From Candidatus Melainabacteria bacterium (lineage in GTDB: Bacteria > Cyanobacteriota > Vampirovibrionia > Caenarcaniphilales > Caenarcanaceae): a stretch of DNA of 64,000 bases. The DNA is taken from positions 5,877 to 69,876 of the forward strand of contig DUDU01000059.1 of assembly GCA_005110395.1 (NCBI GenBank). Reading direction: 5' to 3'. The position numbers were made by a program, and so were the translations under genes. This document shows positions 1 to 10,870 of the stretch, one piece after another. The notes below the pieces were generated by a model that worked only from the letters and a program-made list of their open reading frames with translations, was not told the origin of the DNA and did no database searches. Position 1 is the first letter of the stretch. Each line of letters begins with the position of its first letter.

Positions 1-1352
1 TCCTGATTATTGTATTTGTGCATACCATTACGTCCTACCATATGAAGATTTGGATAATTAGACTCAATCTCTTGTTTGATAGCTTCGACATTTTCTTGAT
101 AATGGTCATCATAAACTGGATAGGCTTTGGCTTGACGAACAACACAGCCATCAATAACTTCATGAGAATCAATTAAACATATTTTCGACATTTCATTTTT
201 TGCTAATTCAATCAATTCACGATCCTGGCTGTTCCAGAGAGAATCTCCCTCAAAACAAAAATATTCCAACCCATAGCAACCAGTTTCTTTATTTGGAATT
301 AAATTAGGTGACCATGATTTGAAGTTTTGTATACGTCCCACTTTGACGCTTGGATCATGAATATAAATCCAATTATCATCAAATGTTTTTTTTGTATTCT
401 GTACGATGAGAACTACTGTGATAAAGTCTCGGTATTTAAGACCTTGCGCAGAATCAATAATTTGTTTTGGGAGAGTTGGCATAGTTATTTTCACCAATTC
501 TCTCATTGGAACAGAAGAAATAACATGTTCACACTCAATAATATTTTCTTCTCCATTTTGATCTTTATAGAAAACATTCCAAGATTTTTGTTCTTTATTG
601 AATACGAGTTAACACACATGAGTACCCATAAAAAGTTTGCCACCCATTTCTTTAATTCTCTCCGCAGTAACTTCCCACATCTGTCCAGGACCTTTGCGAG
701 GATATCTAAAAGAATTTATTAAACTCTTGGTTACTTTTGCTCTATCTTGATTTGCGTTTGGAGAAATAAGTGAATTTATAATGGCTTTGCTCAATGACAA
801 TCCTTTGATTCTTTGCGATGCCCAATCAGCCGAGATTTCATCACAACTCATTCCCCAGACTTTTTCAGTATACGTCTTAAAAAAAATACTATATAAACGT
901 TTCCCAAAATTCTTACAAACCCAATCTTCAAAACTTCGAATTTCTTTGGGTGGAAAAAGCTTACTTTCAATATAAGAAGCAACGCATAAAATTGATTCGA
1001 GAATACCTAAGTTCAAAAGAGCCTGCATGGCTTTTAAAGGATAGTCGAAAAATTTATTCTTATAAAAAATCCTAGATTTGCGAGGACGAGTAAGCATTTC
1101 ATCACCAAGAATCTCAGTCCAAAAATCTTCAACAGCTTGTGATTTAGAGAAGAAACGATGTCCACCAATATCAAATAAATAACCTTTGTAATTAACTGTT
1201 CTAGAAATACCTCCAACATATATCGGATTTGTTTCCAAAATTACTACTGGAATTTGATTTTGACATAATTTATATGAAGCTGTTAAGCCAGCGGGTCCAG
1301 CTCCGATACATACAACTTGTGTTTTGTGACGTATGAGGTTTCTACTATCCAT
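1..1352 (-). pseudogene. FAD/NAD(P)-binding oxidoreductase (amine-oxidase/Rossmann GxGxxG family) interrupted by an in-frame TAA at 609..611; gene runs off the window start
   Basis: N-terminus [17 protein letters not shown]...VGGISRT...[11 protein letters not shown] is a dinucleotide-binding motif. The minus-strand frame stays open for another 202 codons below the TAA (checked triplet by triplet), ending ...HMVGRNGMHKYNNQD at position 3. Confidence 0.6.
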
Positions 1353-1519
1353 CTACATTAATTTGCTAACTTATAAATATATTCCCAGTAAAATGAGGAA
1401 ACTTTACAGGTAATTGTTCCATCTAGTGAATAGTCTAACTAAATAATTTACAATGATTCCAATCCAAAATTCAGGGTAAAAACTATTGATAATCTGGAAT
1501 CAATATTGAATTTTATTTT

Positions 1520-3060
1520 ATGACGATATCAAAATTCTTTAATTCAATGAAAAGTTTTTTTGACTCCAAAAAACTGAATATATCTATAAATTGTTTTTTA
1601 TTCATAATAATTGCGTTAGTATCTGCGTGTAGTACATGTACAAAAGATTATATGTTTGTAGCACTTCTATCTACAGCCAACGCCACGTGTATCTACGCTT
1701 TATCAAGAAGATTAAAATTGTCCAATACAATCTCTTATATCGTTTGTCTAAGTTGGATTATTAGACTTTTATGCTTGCAGAATTTAAATGTTGAAGCTAT
1801 TTCGAATGATGGTAATCATCATCTAATATATTTAAATAAGATTCTTGAAAAAGGATATATATTGATTCCCAAAAGCTTTGAATGCTACTTGTGTTATCAC
1901 CCTCCACTCTATTATATTTTCTCGGCTCTAATTTCTAAATTGTTAACTTTTATTATTGGTATTCGCGGTCAATATCATTCAGTTTTTTCTCTTCTCTGCT
2001 CCTTGATTTCATCATATTATGCATATCTCTTATTTAGACTTATTTGGCTGGAGAAACGACTCAAGCTAAACTTGCTAACAAGAAAAATCTGTCTTCTTCT
2101 TTCTATCAGCTTATTCATATTCTGGCCTCTCTCCATAGCTAATTCAATCAAAATAGGCAATGATAATTTACTGAATCTTTTGTATATTATGGGCTTATTT
2201 TATTTACTTAAGTGGAGCAAGTATGATGACAATAAATCCCTTTTTCTATCGTCTATCATTGCTTCACTTGCTCTTTGGACGAAAACTACTGGCTTGGTGC
2301 TGATGCTCCTAATAGTATTAAGTGTTATTGTTTGTCAATTTTTTCACATGAAAAAGCTAAATAAAAAAAACGAGGCTTGCAACTAATACTTGTATTCTCG
2401 ATTTTCCTTTCAGCTACAATTCCTCTGATCTTAAGAACTAAAGCTGACTTTGGAGAATTTTTACTAGTTGGCAATATGAAAAACAATATTAAGCAACAAT
2501 ATCAACCGATAAAATTAGATAAGGCGATGAGGGTTGATACCAGTATTAAGTCGTATCTATATTTTGATTTTAAAAATTTTGTTCAGATTCCATATACGAA
2601 TTATTCAGATCCAAGCTTAGGGAAAGATTATTTTTGGAATTTTCTACTCAAGACAAGCCTATTCGGAGTGTTAATACTAGGCAATAATTCGTTGACCAAT
2701 TCTTTTGCTTGTTTTATTAGTTTTTTGTTAGTTCTTATAGTTTTGTACTCACTAATGGGTTGTTTAATTAAGAAATCTATTGAGAACAGTTATTCAGTAA
2801 TACTACTAGTCAATTTGTTAATATTAATATCAGCGATTATATTTAGTCGAAATACTTATATGCTAGCGACCTCTTCAGAGTTTCGATACATATACCCAGC
2901 ACTTATTTCATTTATATATTTCTTTGTCGATTCAATTAAGGAATTTAAAGTTAGGAATTGTCCGAGAATATATTATTTGGGTATTTTTCTTGGAATATCT
3001 TTTTGTGTATCAAGTCTTTTTTATTTCTTAACTGCTTTCGGACTATTTCGAGAGATTTAA
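1520..3060 (+). pseudogene. Polytopic GT-C-type glycosyltransferase (ArnT/PMT-like), split into 1520..2386 and 2377..3060 by a 1-nt frameshift in an A8 run (2363..2370)
   Basis: Multi-TM protein with DGNHHLIYLNKILEKGYILIP...YHPPLYYIF, which resembles the D..Y...G..P....PPL.yW loop of ArnT-like enzymes. Adding one A to the A8 run fuses the two ORFs into one of about 515 aa. Confidence 0.5.
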
Positions 3061-3156
3061 AAACTGGCTTTGAAACTTCGCTTGCTATTCTAAATAACTT
3101 TTTCTCTTCACGATAAGCAAATTGGAACGTGGTGATAATGAATCAATTGCAATCTA

Positions 3157-4269
3157 TCAACTGGCTAAAACAACTAAATCATCTCGGTGAATAGCACTAT
3201 TGCCATATGAATAGCCTAAAATCGATTCAATATCTTCTGAGGAATGTCCAACTATTTTAGTTAAATCAGCGCTGGAATATTTGGTAAGCCCTTTAGCAAT
3301 AACTCTTCTTTGCTTATCTTCTTCTTCATAAAAAATCTCTAGTGCATCTCCACGTCCAAACTTTCCGAGTACTTTCTTAATCCCAACAGGTAATAGGCTT
3401 TTTCCTCTATTAATAGCCGATGCTGCGCCGCTGTCCACTACTAATTTCCCTTTGGGAGACACTCCGCAAGCAATCCAGGCCTTAGTTCCATCTACTAATA
3501 CATTTTTCGGGGTGAAAGTTGTGCCATAAGTCTTGCCGTTTAAGATTTCAGCTATTCTTTGTGGATATTTACCTGACAAAACATGAACTGTTGTTCCAAA
3601 AGATGTAGCCATTTTTGCAGCTTCTATTTTGGAAGACATACCACCAGTCCCCCATTCAGAGCCCCTCATGCCTGCTCTTGCCTCGATTTCCGAATTAATT
3701 TCTTCCACGATTGAAATCAATTCAGCATTTGGATTGTTTCGAGGATCTTCGGTGAACAAACCTTCAGTATCAGTCAAAATAAATAAATGCTCAGCTGAAA
3801 CCAATTCTGAAACAACGGCTGATAGATAATCGTTATCGCTGAATTTAATCTCATCATCAGCAACTACATCGTTTTCATTAATAATGGGTACAACATTGAG
3901 CCTCAACAATTCACGCAAAGTCAAGCGAGCATTCAGGTAGCGCTCTTTATCTTGCATCCCAATTCTAGTCAAAAGAACTTGTCCAGTTGGTTGATTATAT
4001 TTTTGAAAATGATCTTCATAAGCTTTTGCCAAATAGACTTGGCCTACTGAGGCAGCTGCTTGTTTAAGAGTAATAGTTTTGGGCTTTTCCGTCCAGCCTA
4101 ATCTTCGACTACCAAGACCTACTGCACCTGAGCTAACTATTATACTTTGATGACCTTGCGATTTAAGTTCTTGAACTAATTCAACTAACTCTTCTATCAA
4201 AACAGTATTTATTCCATTACCATTTGCTTGAGTAATTGAGCTGGTTCCAATTTTTATAACGACTTTCAT
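3157..4269 (-). CDS. proB: Glutamate 5-kinase with C-terminal PUA domain
   Basis: 370 aa, MKVVIKIGTSSIT...VVSSGAVGLG...ILTDTEGLFT kinase core plus PUA tail. Confidence 0.9.
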   Translation of the reverse strand: MKVVIKIGTSSITQANGNGINTVLIEELVELVQELKSQGHQSIIVSSGAVGLGSRRLGWTEKPKTITLKQAAASVGQVYLAKAYEDHFQKYNQPTGQVLLTRIGMQDKERYLNARLTLRELLRLNVVPIINENDVVADDEIKFSDNDYLSAVVSELVSAEHLFILTDTEGLFTEDPRNNPNAELISIVEEINSEIEARAGMRGSEWGTGGMSSKIEAAKMATSFGTTVHVLSGKYPQRIAEILNGKTYGTTFTPKNVLVDGTKAWIACGVSPKGKLVVDSGAASAINRGKSLLPVGIKKVLGKFGRGDALEIFYEEEDKQRRVIAKGLTKYSSADLTKIVGHSSEDIESILGYSYGNSAIHRDDLVVLAS

Positions 4270-4571
4270 TAATTAGGCTAATTGAAGCTTTAAGAAGAGG
4301 ATTATTCTAAGCTTTCATTTGTGAATATGATTAAAGCTTAAGTAAGAATTTAGTTAGAAGATATTTTAAAGATTAAATGGTCTAATGTTCAAAAATAGAC
4401 CTAGAGTTAGGAAGAAATTAGTGAAATCAGCATTCTGATGCGGTTAAGAGGAGACAGCCCAGGGTGCACACTCACTGTCTTCTTCAGATGAGAGAAGTAA
4501 CCTTCACAGGAATTTATTTTGTGAGATTAACAAATTATATGTTTGGTTGTCATTGCAAAAAACAAAACATA

Positions 4572-5573
4572 TTATTCACTTCCAATTAGAGGTAAATCAG
4601 CAAGCTTTAAATTTGCATTTATATTTTCAAAACCTTCACATAAACTCATCGCTATCAAAGTTGCATAAGGCTCTAAATGAATTGAATTGAAATTGTCATG
4701 GTTATTAATTGCATTGGCTCTTCTCAAAGATTCCATGTAGCGATGACGGGATTTCTTGTTTCCTTTTAGAACTACACAGAAATCAATTCCAAAACATCTC
4801 ATTACCATTTGTAGTAAAAGCCGAGACATCCTGCCATTAAAATTTACAAATGGATGAATTCGAACAAATTCATAACTTATCTGAGCTGCAATCATAAAAA
4901 TATCAACTTGATTGTCTGTAAGGCCTTTATGAATCAACAAATTGGCTCTCTTACAAAAAACCTTCATCGCCGATTCAATTAATTCAGGAGAAGGGAAATT
5001 CAAATCTAAACCCGTAATGAAGATTCCTTCATCTCTGAACTGTCCTTCTAAATGTCTATCATTTTCTTCTAATAATCCTCTCGATAAGCTTTTATGCAAA
5101 GATTTTATAATTTCTCGATCAAAGAGAAAAACCTCTTGTTTTGCCTTTATTTGATTAAGAAAATTTTCAACATGCAAAATACTTTGAATATATGCTCCCC
5201 AATGCTGCATAACTTCGTTATATTCTTTAAAAGATTTGCCAGATTGAGCAAATTGTAATTCTGAGTCATGGCTACCAAAAAGAGAAAAAAGCTCCCCGTC
5301 TCGCAAAAGCACAAAGTCTTCTGTTTTTATTTTTTCTCCATACTTTTTTTGAATAGTCTCTAATATTCTTTCAGTTTCACCAAAAGTCTTTGTTCCTGCA
5401 CCTTCAATTGTATTGCTTTCAAAAACAAGCTTGATAATAGAGAATTTTCCATATGAAATAATTTCGGTTTTTTGTTCAGGAGACAAAGAATCATAATCAG
5501 CTGAAGCTATGAATTTCTTAGCAGTTGAATGCCAATAGTCGTAATTTTTATACCAAGGTGGATTTCTCTGCAT
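4572..5573 (-). CDS. Fic/DOC family protein, class II (N-terminal inhibitory motif SNTIEG), non-canonical active site HPFVNFNGRMSR
   Basis: S/TxxxEG motif at ESNTIEG. The Fic loop HPFVNFNGRxxR differs from HPFx(D/E)GNGRxxR at the acidic and Gly positions. Confidence 0.75.
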   Translation of the reverse strand: MQRNPPWYKNYDYWHSTAKKFIASADYDSLSPEQKTEIISYGKFSIIKLVFESNTIEGAGTKTFGETERILETIQKKYGEKIKTEDFVLLRDGELFSLFGSHDSELQFAQSGKSFKEYNEVMQHWGAYIQSILHVENFLNQIKAKQEVFLFDREIIKSLHKSLSRGLLEENDRHLEGQFRDEGIFITGLDLNFPSPELIESAMKVFCKRANLLIHKGLTDNQVDIFMIAAQISYEFVRIHPFVNFNGRMSRLLLQMVMRCFGIDFCVVLKGNKKSRHRYMESLRRANAINNHDNFNSIHLEPYATLIAMSLCEGFENINANLKLADLPLIGSE

Positions 5574-5828
5574 CGTTGAGTTAAAGAGAGTTCTTGTTTT
5601 TTTTGCCAGCTGGAAATCATATTGAATTTCCTAAAAGATAATTTTTGTGAAATTTTATTATGTAATGTTTTTGTTTTCAGATAAAGAAACAAGCCTAGCA
5701 ATTTATATAGCTTGCCTTATAATGTGATTCATTCGTACAAATTAATTATTTACTCAATTTAAATAGTCTTTCCCAGCATTCATTTCTTAGTATTTACTGG
5801 AAACAATCCACAGAAAGGTTCTCAATCA

Positions 5829-6746
5829 ATGCCTCCTCAATCGCAAAATTCAACCTTAGTTGACTACTTTATTCAATTTTTTATTCATGATTGGTTTGCT
5901 TCAATCCCAATTGCAATTTGTGGAATTATTACATTGGCAGTGGCTATTGATAGATCTATTTATTATTCGAGAAATCAAAGAGATTTAAGTTCTTTTATTC
6001 CTCAGATTCAGAGAGATTTAGAGCAAGGAAATTTAGAGAGTGCTGGTCGTCTATCCAAGCAATTAGGTGGATTGATTGGTCTAATGACAGAAGAAGGCCT
6101 TAGACTTATCAAGCATCATACAAGAAACTTCGCAAATGCTTTTGACATTTCTTGCAGTTTATACATTCGTGATTTAGAAAAAAGACTTTCTGTTTTATCT
6201 ACAATTGGTGCAACAGCTCCTTTCTTAGGATTATTTGGAACCGTGGTTGGGGTGGTTGTTACGCTCAAGCTTTTAGGAGAGCAAGGTGGACAAAGCCAAG
6301 CTGTTGTTATTGGTGTTGCCAAAGCTTTGATTGCAACTGGTTTTGGTCTAATTGTGGCAATTGTGGCGGTTATACTCAATAACTGGTTCAACAGTGTTGT
6401 TCGCAACTTTGAAAGCGATTTTCAAATTATCAAATTAACTTTGCTTGATTATATTAATAGTTCTAATTTGGGTTCTGATTCATTACCTCAAAGGGCTGGT
6501 CAGGCTTCTATTCAAGCTCCGCAAGGTCAATACAACAATGGACAGCAATACTATGATCCAAATGCTTTGCAAAATCAGCCAAATGCCCAGTACATTCAAC
6601 AACCTAATGTCCAAATGAGACCAGCTCCTAGAGCAGCTAACAATCAAGCAGCTCCTGCAATAGGTCAAGTTCCTCCAACTCAAAACATTATTCCTAATTT
6701 AGGTCAGCCACCTTATCAGGAGCCTCCTCAAAATACTAATTACTAA
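5829..6746 (+). CDS. exbB: MotA/TolQ/ExbB-family proton channel with an ~90-aa Q/N/P-rich C-terminal tail
   Basis: Three TM helices with the conserved TAPFLGLFGTVVG segment, then a low-complexity tail QGQYNNGQQYYDPNALQNQPNAQYIQQPN... Confidence 0.8.
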   Translation: MPPQSQNSTLVDYFIQFFIHDWFASIPIAICGIITLAVAIDRSIYYSRNQRDLSSFIPQIQRDLEQGNLESAGRLSKQLGGLIGLMTEEGLRLIKHHTRNFANAFDISCSLYIRDLEKRLSVLSTIGATAPFLGLFGTVVGVVVTLKLLGEQGGQSQAVVIGVAKALIATGFGLIVAIVAVILNNWFNSVVRNFESDFQIIKLTLLDYINSSNLGSDSLPQRAGQASIQAPQGQYNNGQQYYDPNALQNQPNAQYIQQPNVQMRPAPRAANNQAAPAIGQVPPTQNIIPNLGQPPYQEPPQNTNY

Positions 6747-6784
6747 ATTTTAAAATACGATTCAATTATAAGGAGATTCAATTA

Positions 6785-7294
6785 ATGGCTTTTTCAAGTG
6801 GCGGTGGCAGGCAAAGACAAAATTTCAGTGAAATTAATATAACCCCCTTAACTGATGTATTTTTGGTTTTGTTGGTAATTATGTTCTTGATTGCTCCTTT
6901 ATTAGACAATCAAGCTGCACTAAAAGTTGATCCGCCATCCGCTCAGAGTGCTAGTACAAAAGAAACACCTCCTCAAAAATCGATTTTAGTTGAAATTACA
7001 AAGGAGGGTGTAATTGCCGTCAATAGCCAAACTGTTGCAGATAAAGCCATTCCAACCGAGCAAATTCAAGAAAAGGTTTATACCGCTCTGATGAAAGAAG
7101 CTAAGCAACTAGAAGGTGGAGAAGCTCCTGCCGAGGCTGGCGCAGCCAAAGAAAAACCAGCTGTAAAACTCAAAGCTGATAATGCAGTTGATTACGGAAG
7201 AGTAGTGGCAGTTTTGGATGCAGTCAATAGAGCGCAGCTTGGGAAGTTGAGCTTGGTAACTATGGTGCCAGCTGGGCAACAACCTTCTCAATAA
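6785..7294 (+). CDS. exbD: ExbD/TolR biopolymer transport protein
   Basis: INITPLTDVFLVLLVIMFL anchor, and an AAGGAG Shine-Dalgarno 8 nt upstream. Confidence 0.8.
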   Translation: MAFSSGGGRQRQNFSEINITPLTDVFLVLLVIMFLIAPLLDNQAALKVDPPSAQSASTKETPPQKSILVEITKEGVIAVNSQTVADKAIPTEQIQEKVYTALMKEAKQLEGGEAPAEAGAAKEKPAVKLKADNAVDYGRVVAVLDAVNRAQLGKLSLVTMVPAGQQPSQ

Positions 7295-7387
7295 AATAAT
7301 TAGATACTTTCTGGAAGTCTTTTAAATTCTCAAGCAAACTAAAGCTTTATACTAAAATCACTTTTCAATAAATAGATTGGAGGCTTA

Positions 7388-8416
7388 ATGAAATTCGATC
7401 TTTATACTATCTCAAGAATACTTGGACTACTTTGCCTTTTTTCATGTCTAACTGCTTGTATCGATGTAAGCACCGTTGTAAACGTGAATAAAGATGGAAG
7501 TGGCACAATTGAAGAAACTTATTATATTCCGACAGTTTTAGATTCATTGAGTCATATGGGAAAAGCGGAGTCTCAAATCCCAGATCCAAATTCCGCAGCC
7601 GCATCTAAAAAAGATTCCAGAAAAGATAAGCTCAAAGAGAAAGTTGACAATTCATCATCAACCCCAACTGCTCCTATTGGTGATGGATTAATTGAGAACT
7701 ATATTAAAAAAGCTGAGTCTTACGGCAAGGGCGTTAAATTCGTAAAAGTTGAAACATTAGAAAATAAAGACACAAGAATTGGGCGCAAAGCGATTTTCAG
7801 TTTTGATGATATTTCAAAAGTCTCTATTGATATTAAGAATATAGAAAAGAATCTTGATGATAGTAAAGCGAAAGGTTCATCGAATCAATCGGAAAAAACT
7901 AGTGAAAATAATACTAATGTCCAATTTAATTTCACAAAAATAGCAGGAAATAAACATAAGCTCTCAATTACTGTTCCTAATCAAATAGATGATGATAAGA
8001 CTGAGAAAAGCCAATCTCAAAACAATGCAACCAGGCCAGAAACAAAAGACGCAAATGATTCTCCTGAGTCAATAGCTGCAAAAGCCCAAATGGATAGCAT
8101 GCAACAACAAATGCTTAAAACTCTTTTGGCTGGTATGCGTATTAGGCTAAATCTTAGAGTAGATGGACAAATCGAAAAAACAAATGCCACTTTTGTTGAA
8201 AATATTCAATCTGATAAAGCCAAATCTCCCGATAAACAAATTACTCTTTTAGATATTAATTTTGATGAGTTAATTAAAGATGAAAAACTCTTTTCTCAAT
8301 TGGTTTCGATGCCGCCCGAAAAAAGTAAAAAATTCAATCAATTAATCAAAGAGTTTCCGAGTTCACCGTTTATGAAAATTGAACAGAAAAATCCTGTTGA
8401 AGTTGAATTCCAATAA
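7388..8416 (+). CDS. Lipoprotein, K/D/S-rich, function unknown
   Basis: Signal peptide with LTAC lipobox; GGAGG Shine-Dalgarno. Sits where tonB would be expected but has no Pro-rich or TonB C-terminal domain. Confidence 0.6.
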   Translation: MKFDLYTISRILGLLCLFSCLTACIDVSTVVNVNKDGSGTIEETYYIPTVLDSLSHMGKAESQIPDPNSAAASKKDSRKDKLKEKVDNSSSTPTAPIGDGLIENYIKKAESYGKGVKFVKVETLENKDTRIGRKAIFSFDDISKVSIDIKNIEKNLDDSKAKGSSNQSEKTSENNTNVQFNFTKIAGNKHKLSITVPNQIDDDKTEKSQSQNNATRPETKDANDSPESIAAKAQMDSMQQQMLKTLLAGMRIRLNLRVDGQIEKTNATFVENIQSDKAKSPDKQITLLDINFDELIKDEKLFSQLVSMPPEKSKKFNQLIKEFPSSPFMKIEQKNPVEVEFQ

Positions 8417-8589
8417 ATTCTTTACTTTAATAGTTGGTGAATTAAAAAGTTTCCTGACAATTGCGAATTTGAGAGGAAATCCCGCAGCTGCTTTAATTTT
8501 CTTCAGTTAGAATTTATCTATATTTGAAATAAGTATTAATTAGCAAAATCAGACAACTCAAACCACTTAGCGAACCTAAAGCCTAGTAA

Positions 8590-9681
8590 TTGACCTTTAA
8601 TACCAAAACTTTTAATTCACAATTATCAAATACGCTTTTTTCTATTGGCGTCAGTCATAAGAGTAGTTCAATTGATATTAGGGAAAAGTTTTCTTTCAGT
8701 TCTTATGAGTTAAACAAAGCTTTAGATTATCTTTCAAAGCAAATTGGCCCATTGGTGATACTTAGTACTTGTAATCGAACTGAACTTTATTTTTCTTCAG
8801 AACAAAATTCTAGAGAAGCTTTGAAAGCCTTATCTGAATTTAAGAAGCTTGATTTGAGTTTTATTAGTGAGCACTCCTATTCTTTTGATTCTATTAATTG
8901 TGTTAGGCATTTATTCAAAGTGGCTGCAGGCTTAGAGAGCATGATTTTGGGGGAGGGTCAAATTTTAAATCAAGTCAAAACGGCTTATACCCAATCTCAA
9001 AACCACACAAATGGTACACTCAATCAGCTCTTTCAGCGTTCCTTGGCCGCAGGCAAAAAAGTACGCAGCAAAACTGAGATTTCTAGAGGTGCTATGTCAG
9101 TTCCTGCCGCATCTCTTCAGGTTATTCAAGAAAGTCTAAATCCTAAAGAGCTTAGTGAACAAAAAATTATGATTCTTGGCTCTGGAGAAGTAAGTCAGCT
9201 TTGTTTAGAGCATTTACACTCTCAGGGAGCTTCAGAGCACATCACATTAGTAAGCCGGTCGCCTGAAACTCATTCTCTGCAACTCACAAAATATCAATCA
9301 GTACAAAATATTAGCTATGCCAGTTTGCAGACTCACATTTGCGAGCAAGATGTAATTTTGGTTTGTACCAGTGCACCTCATTTTGTGATTGATATGGCTG
9401 AGCTTGAAGCGATCAAAAAACCAATGATAATTTGCGATATGTGTTTGCCTAGAAATGTAAACCCAGCAGTTGCTAATCTTCCACTAATAAAGTTAATCGA
9501 TTTAGATTATTTACAAAAAACTGTTTCGGCAAATGCATCTAAGCGCTCAGGTCAAATTAATCAGGCGGAAGAAATTATTGAAGAAGAAATCGAGAAATTT
9601 TTAGATTGGATGCAAAAGACTCAGACTTTTCAAAAACAAAAAAATCAAGAAAACGCACAAAGCATATTAACTAGAATCTAA
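8590..9681 (+). CDS. hemA: Glutamyl-tRNA reductase
   Basis: LFSIGVSHKSSSIDIREKFSF matches the HemA N-terminus; GSGEVS NADPH-binding region. The TTG start in the ORF track is uncertain. Confidence 0.85.
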   Translation: MTFNTKTFNSQLSNTLFSIGVSHKSSSIDIREKFSFSSYELNKALDYLSKQIGPLVILSTCNRTELYFSSEQNSREALKALSEFKKLDLSFISEHSYSFDSINCVRHLFKVAAGLESMILGEGQILNQVKTAYTQSQNHTNGTLNQLFQRSLAAGKKVRSKTEISRGAMSVPAASLQVIQESLNPKELSEQKIMILGSGEVSQLCLEHLHSQGASEHITLVSRSPETHSLQLTKYQSVQNISYASLQTHICEQDVILVCTSAPHFVIDMAELEAIKKPMIICDMCLPRNVNPAVANLPLIKLIDLDYLQKTVSANASKRSGQINQAEEIIEEEIEKFLDWMQKTQTFQKQKNQENAQSILTRI

Positions 9682-9689
9682 GCACTTAT

Positions 9690-10870
9690 TAATATGTTTG
9701 CACGCTCGACAAATCAGAGAGCGGAGCCTGTAGGCATAAAGTCCATTGGAGATAGTATTCACAAAATATTTTCGAATCAAAGAAAAACAATTAGAGAAAA
9801 TCTCTTTTTGGTTGTAACTTCTCTTATGCGATGTAAAAGCTGTCAAACTCCCCCTATCATTCAAGAGATGGGCAAAACTCAACGGCAACAACTTTAAAGC
9901 CAACGAAAATAGACTTGCTCGCTTCTTTGATTCCTCTGAATTCATGATTGAAGACAAAATTTGGAGAGAAAATATCCGAATGCTTTTTTCTTTGCTCTTC
10001 TGGATAGGCTATTTGAAAGCTGGCTCTAACCTATGTCTCAATGTTAATTTCACTAGCAAAACAGATAAATTTTTTAATTCTTTCTGCCTCTATTAAGTTT
10101 ATTGGACCCTCACTTCCTCTTTATTTTTCAATGAGACGTTACCCAGTAAAAAAGGGAATGATTGACCAGAAGAAAATGGAAAATGCTTTTTTGTTAGAAC
10201 TCAGTCGTCTTTTACCTCATGAAAAGTACAAGTACACAATTGTAGCTGATAGTGGTTTTGCGACCATCCACTTTATGGAGCAATGTCAGAAGCAAGGATT
10301 CAACTTTGTAATAAGGACTCCTGAAAAATGGAACATTGAAATTGATGACTGTAAAGGAAGTATGAAAGAACTAGAAAAAGAGAATAAAGATTGGAAAGTT
10401 AAGTTAAAGTCAGGAAAACTTGAGACTAGACTGGTAACATCATTTAATGAAGATGGACAAGGATGGTACATATTCACTGATTTGGAGGAAGCCTCATTTA
10501 ATAGGCTTATTGAAGAATACAAAGGAAGATTTCAGTGTGAAAAAATGTTTCAAGACGAAAAGAGTAGCGTCTTTGAGATAGAAAAGTCAAAGATAGAAAA
10601 ATATTCTCGTTTCAAGAGACTTTTGTTTTGTATGTATATAACGCAGGGCTTGATGATGTTTGTGGGGGACTGAATAGATGGAGAGGCAGAGGAAATCAGA
10701 AAAAAGTATCAACCTGCACATAAACATGATATCAGCATTTTTCAGATTGCAAAGCGGCTGCTGAACAGCTTTTTTAAAGAAGCAATAGTTTTTGTTGAGA
10801 AGCTATTAACTTTTTCCAGGAGTCAACCATATCGTTCTCCCTCAATCGTGTCGCAGCAAGGGGTTTGAAG
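9690..10870 (+). mobile_element. Degraded IS4-like insertion sequence: transposase broken into at least three frames, ends not identifiable
   Basis: Fragments ANENRLARFFDSS... (9899..10096), 10041..10673 with the DDE-region VADSGFATIHF...FVIRTP, and a C-terminal piece ...KKYQPAHKHDISIFQIAKRLL (10677..10868) in a third frame. Confidence 0.65.
10041..10673 (+). pseudogene. IS4-family DDE transposase, central fragment
   Basis: Lacks the N-terminal catalytic Asp region and the C-terminal YREK region in frame. Confidence 0.6.

Noticed and set aside
327-722. 131-aa plus-strand ORF
   Set aside because: It lies antisense inside the long minus-strand oxidoreductase reading frame. It is low-complexity and F/I/N-rich, typical of spurious ORFs in AT-rich DNA.
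3629-6406. Antisense ORFs 3629..3829, 4942..5154, 5507..5701 and 6116..6406
   Set aside because: Each lies within or overlaps a confidently identified gene on the opposite strand (proB, fic, exbB).
9667-9957. Small ORFs 9667..9957 (-) and 9694..9897 (+)
   Set aside because: They lie within the degraded IS4-like element. The plus one is probably a transposase N-terminal fragment, so they are not independent genes.
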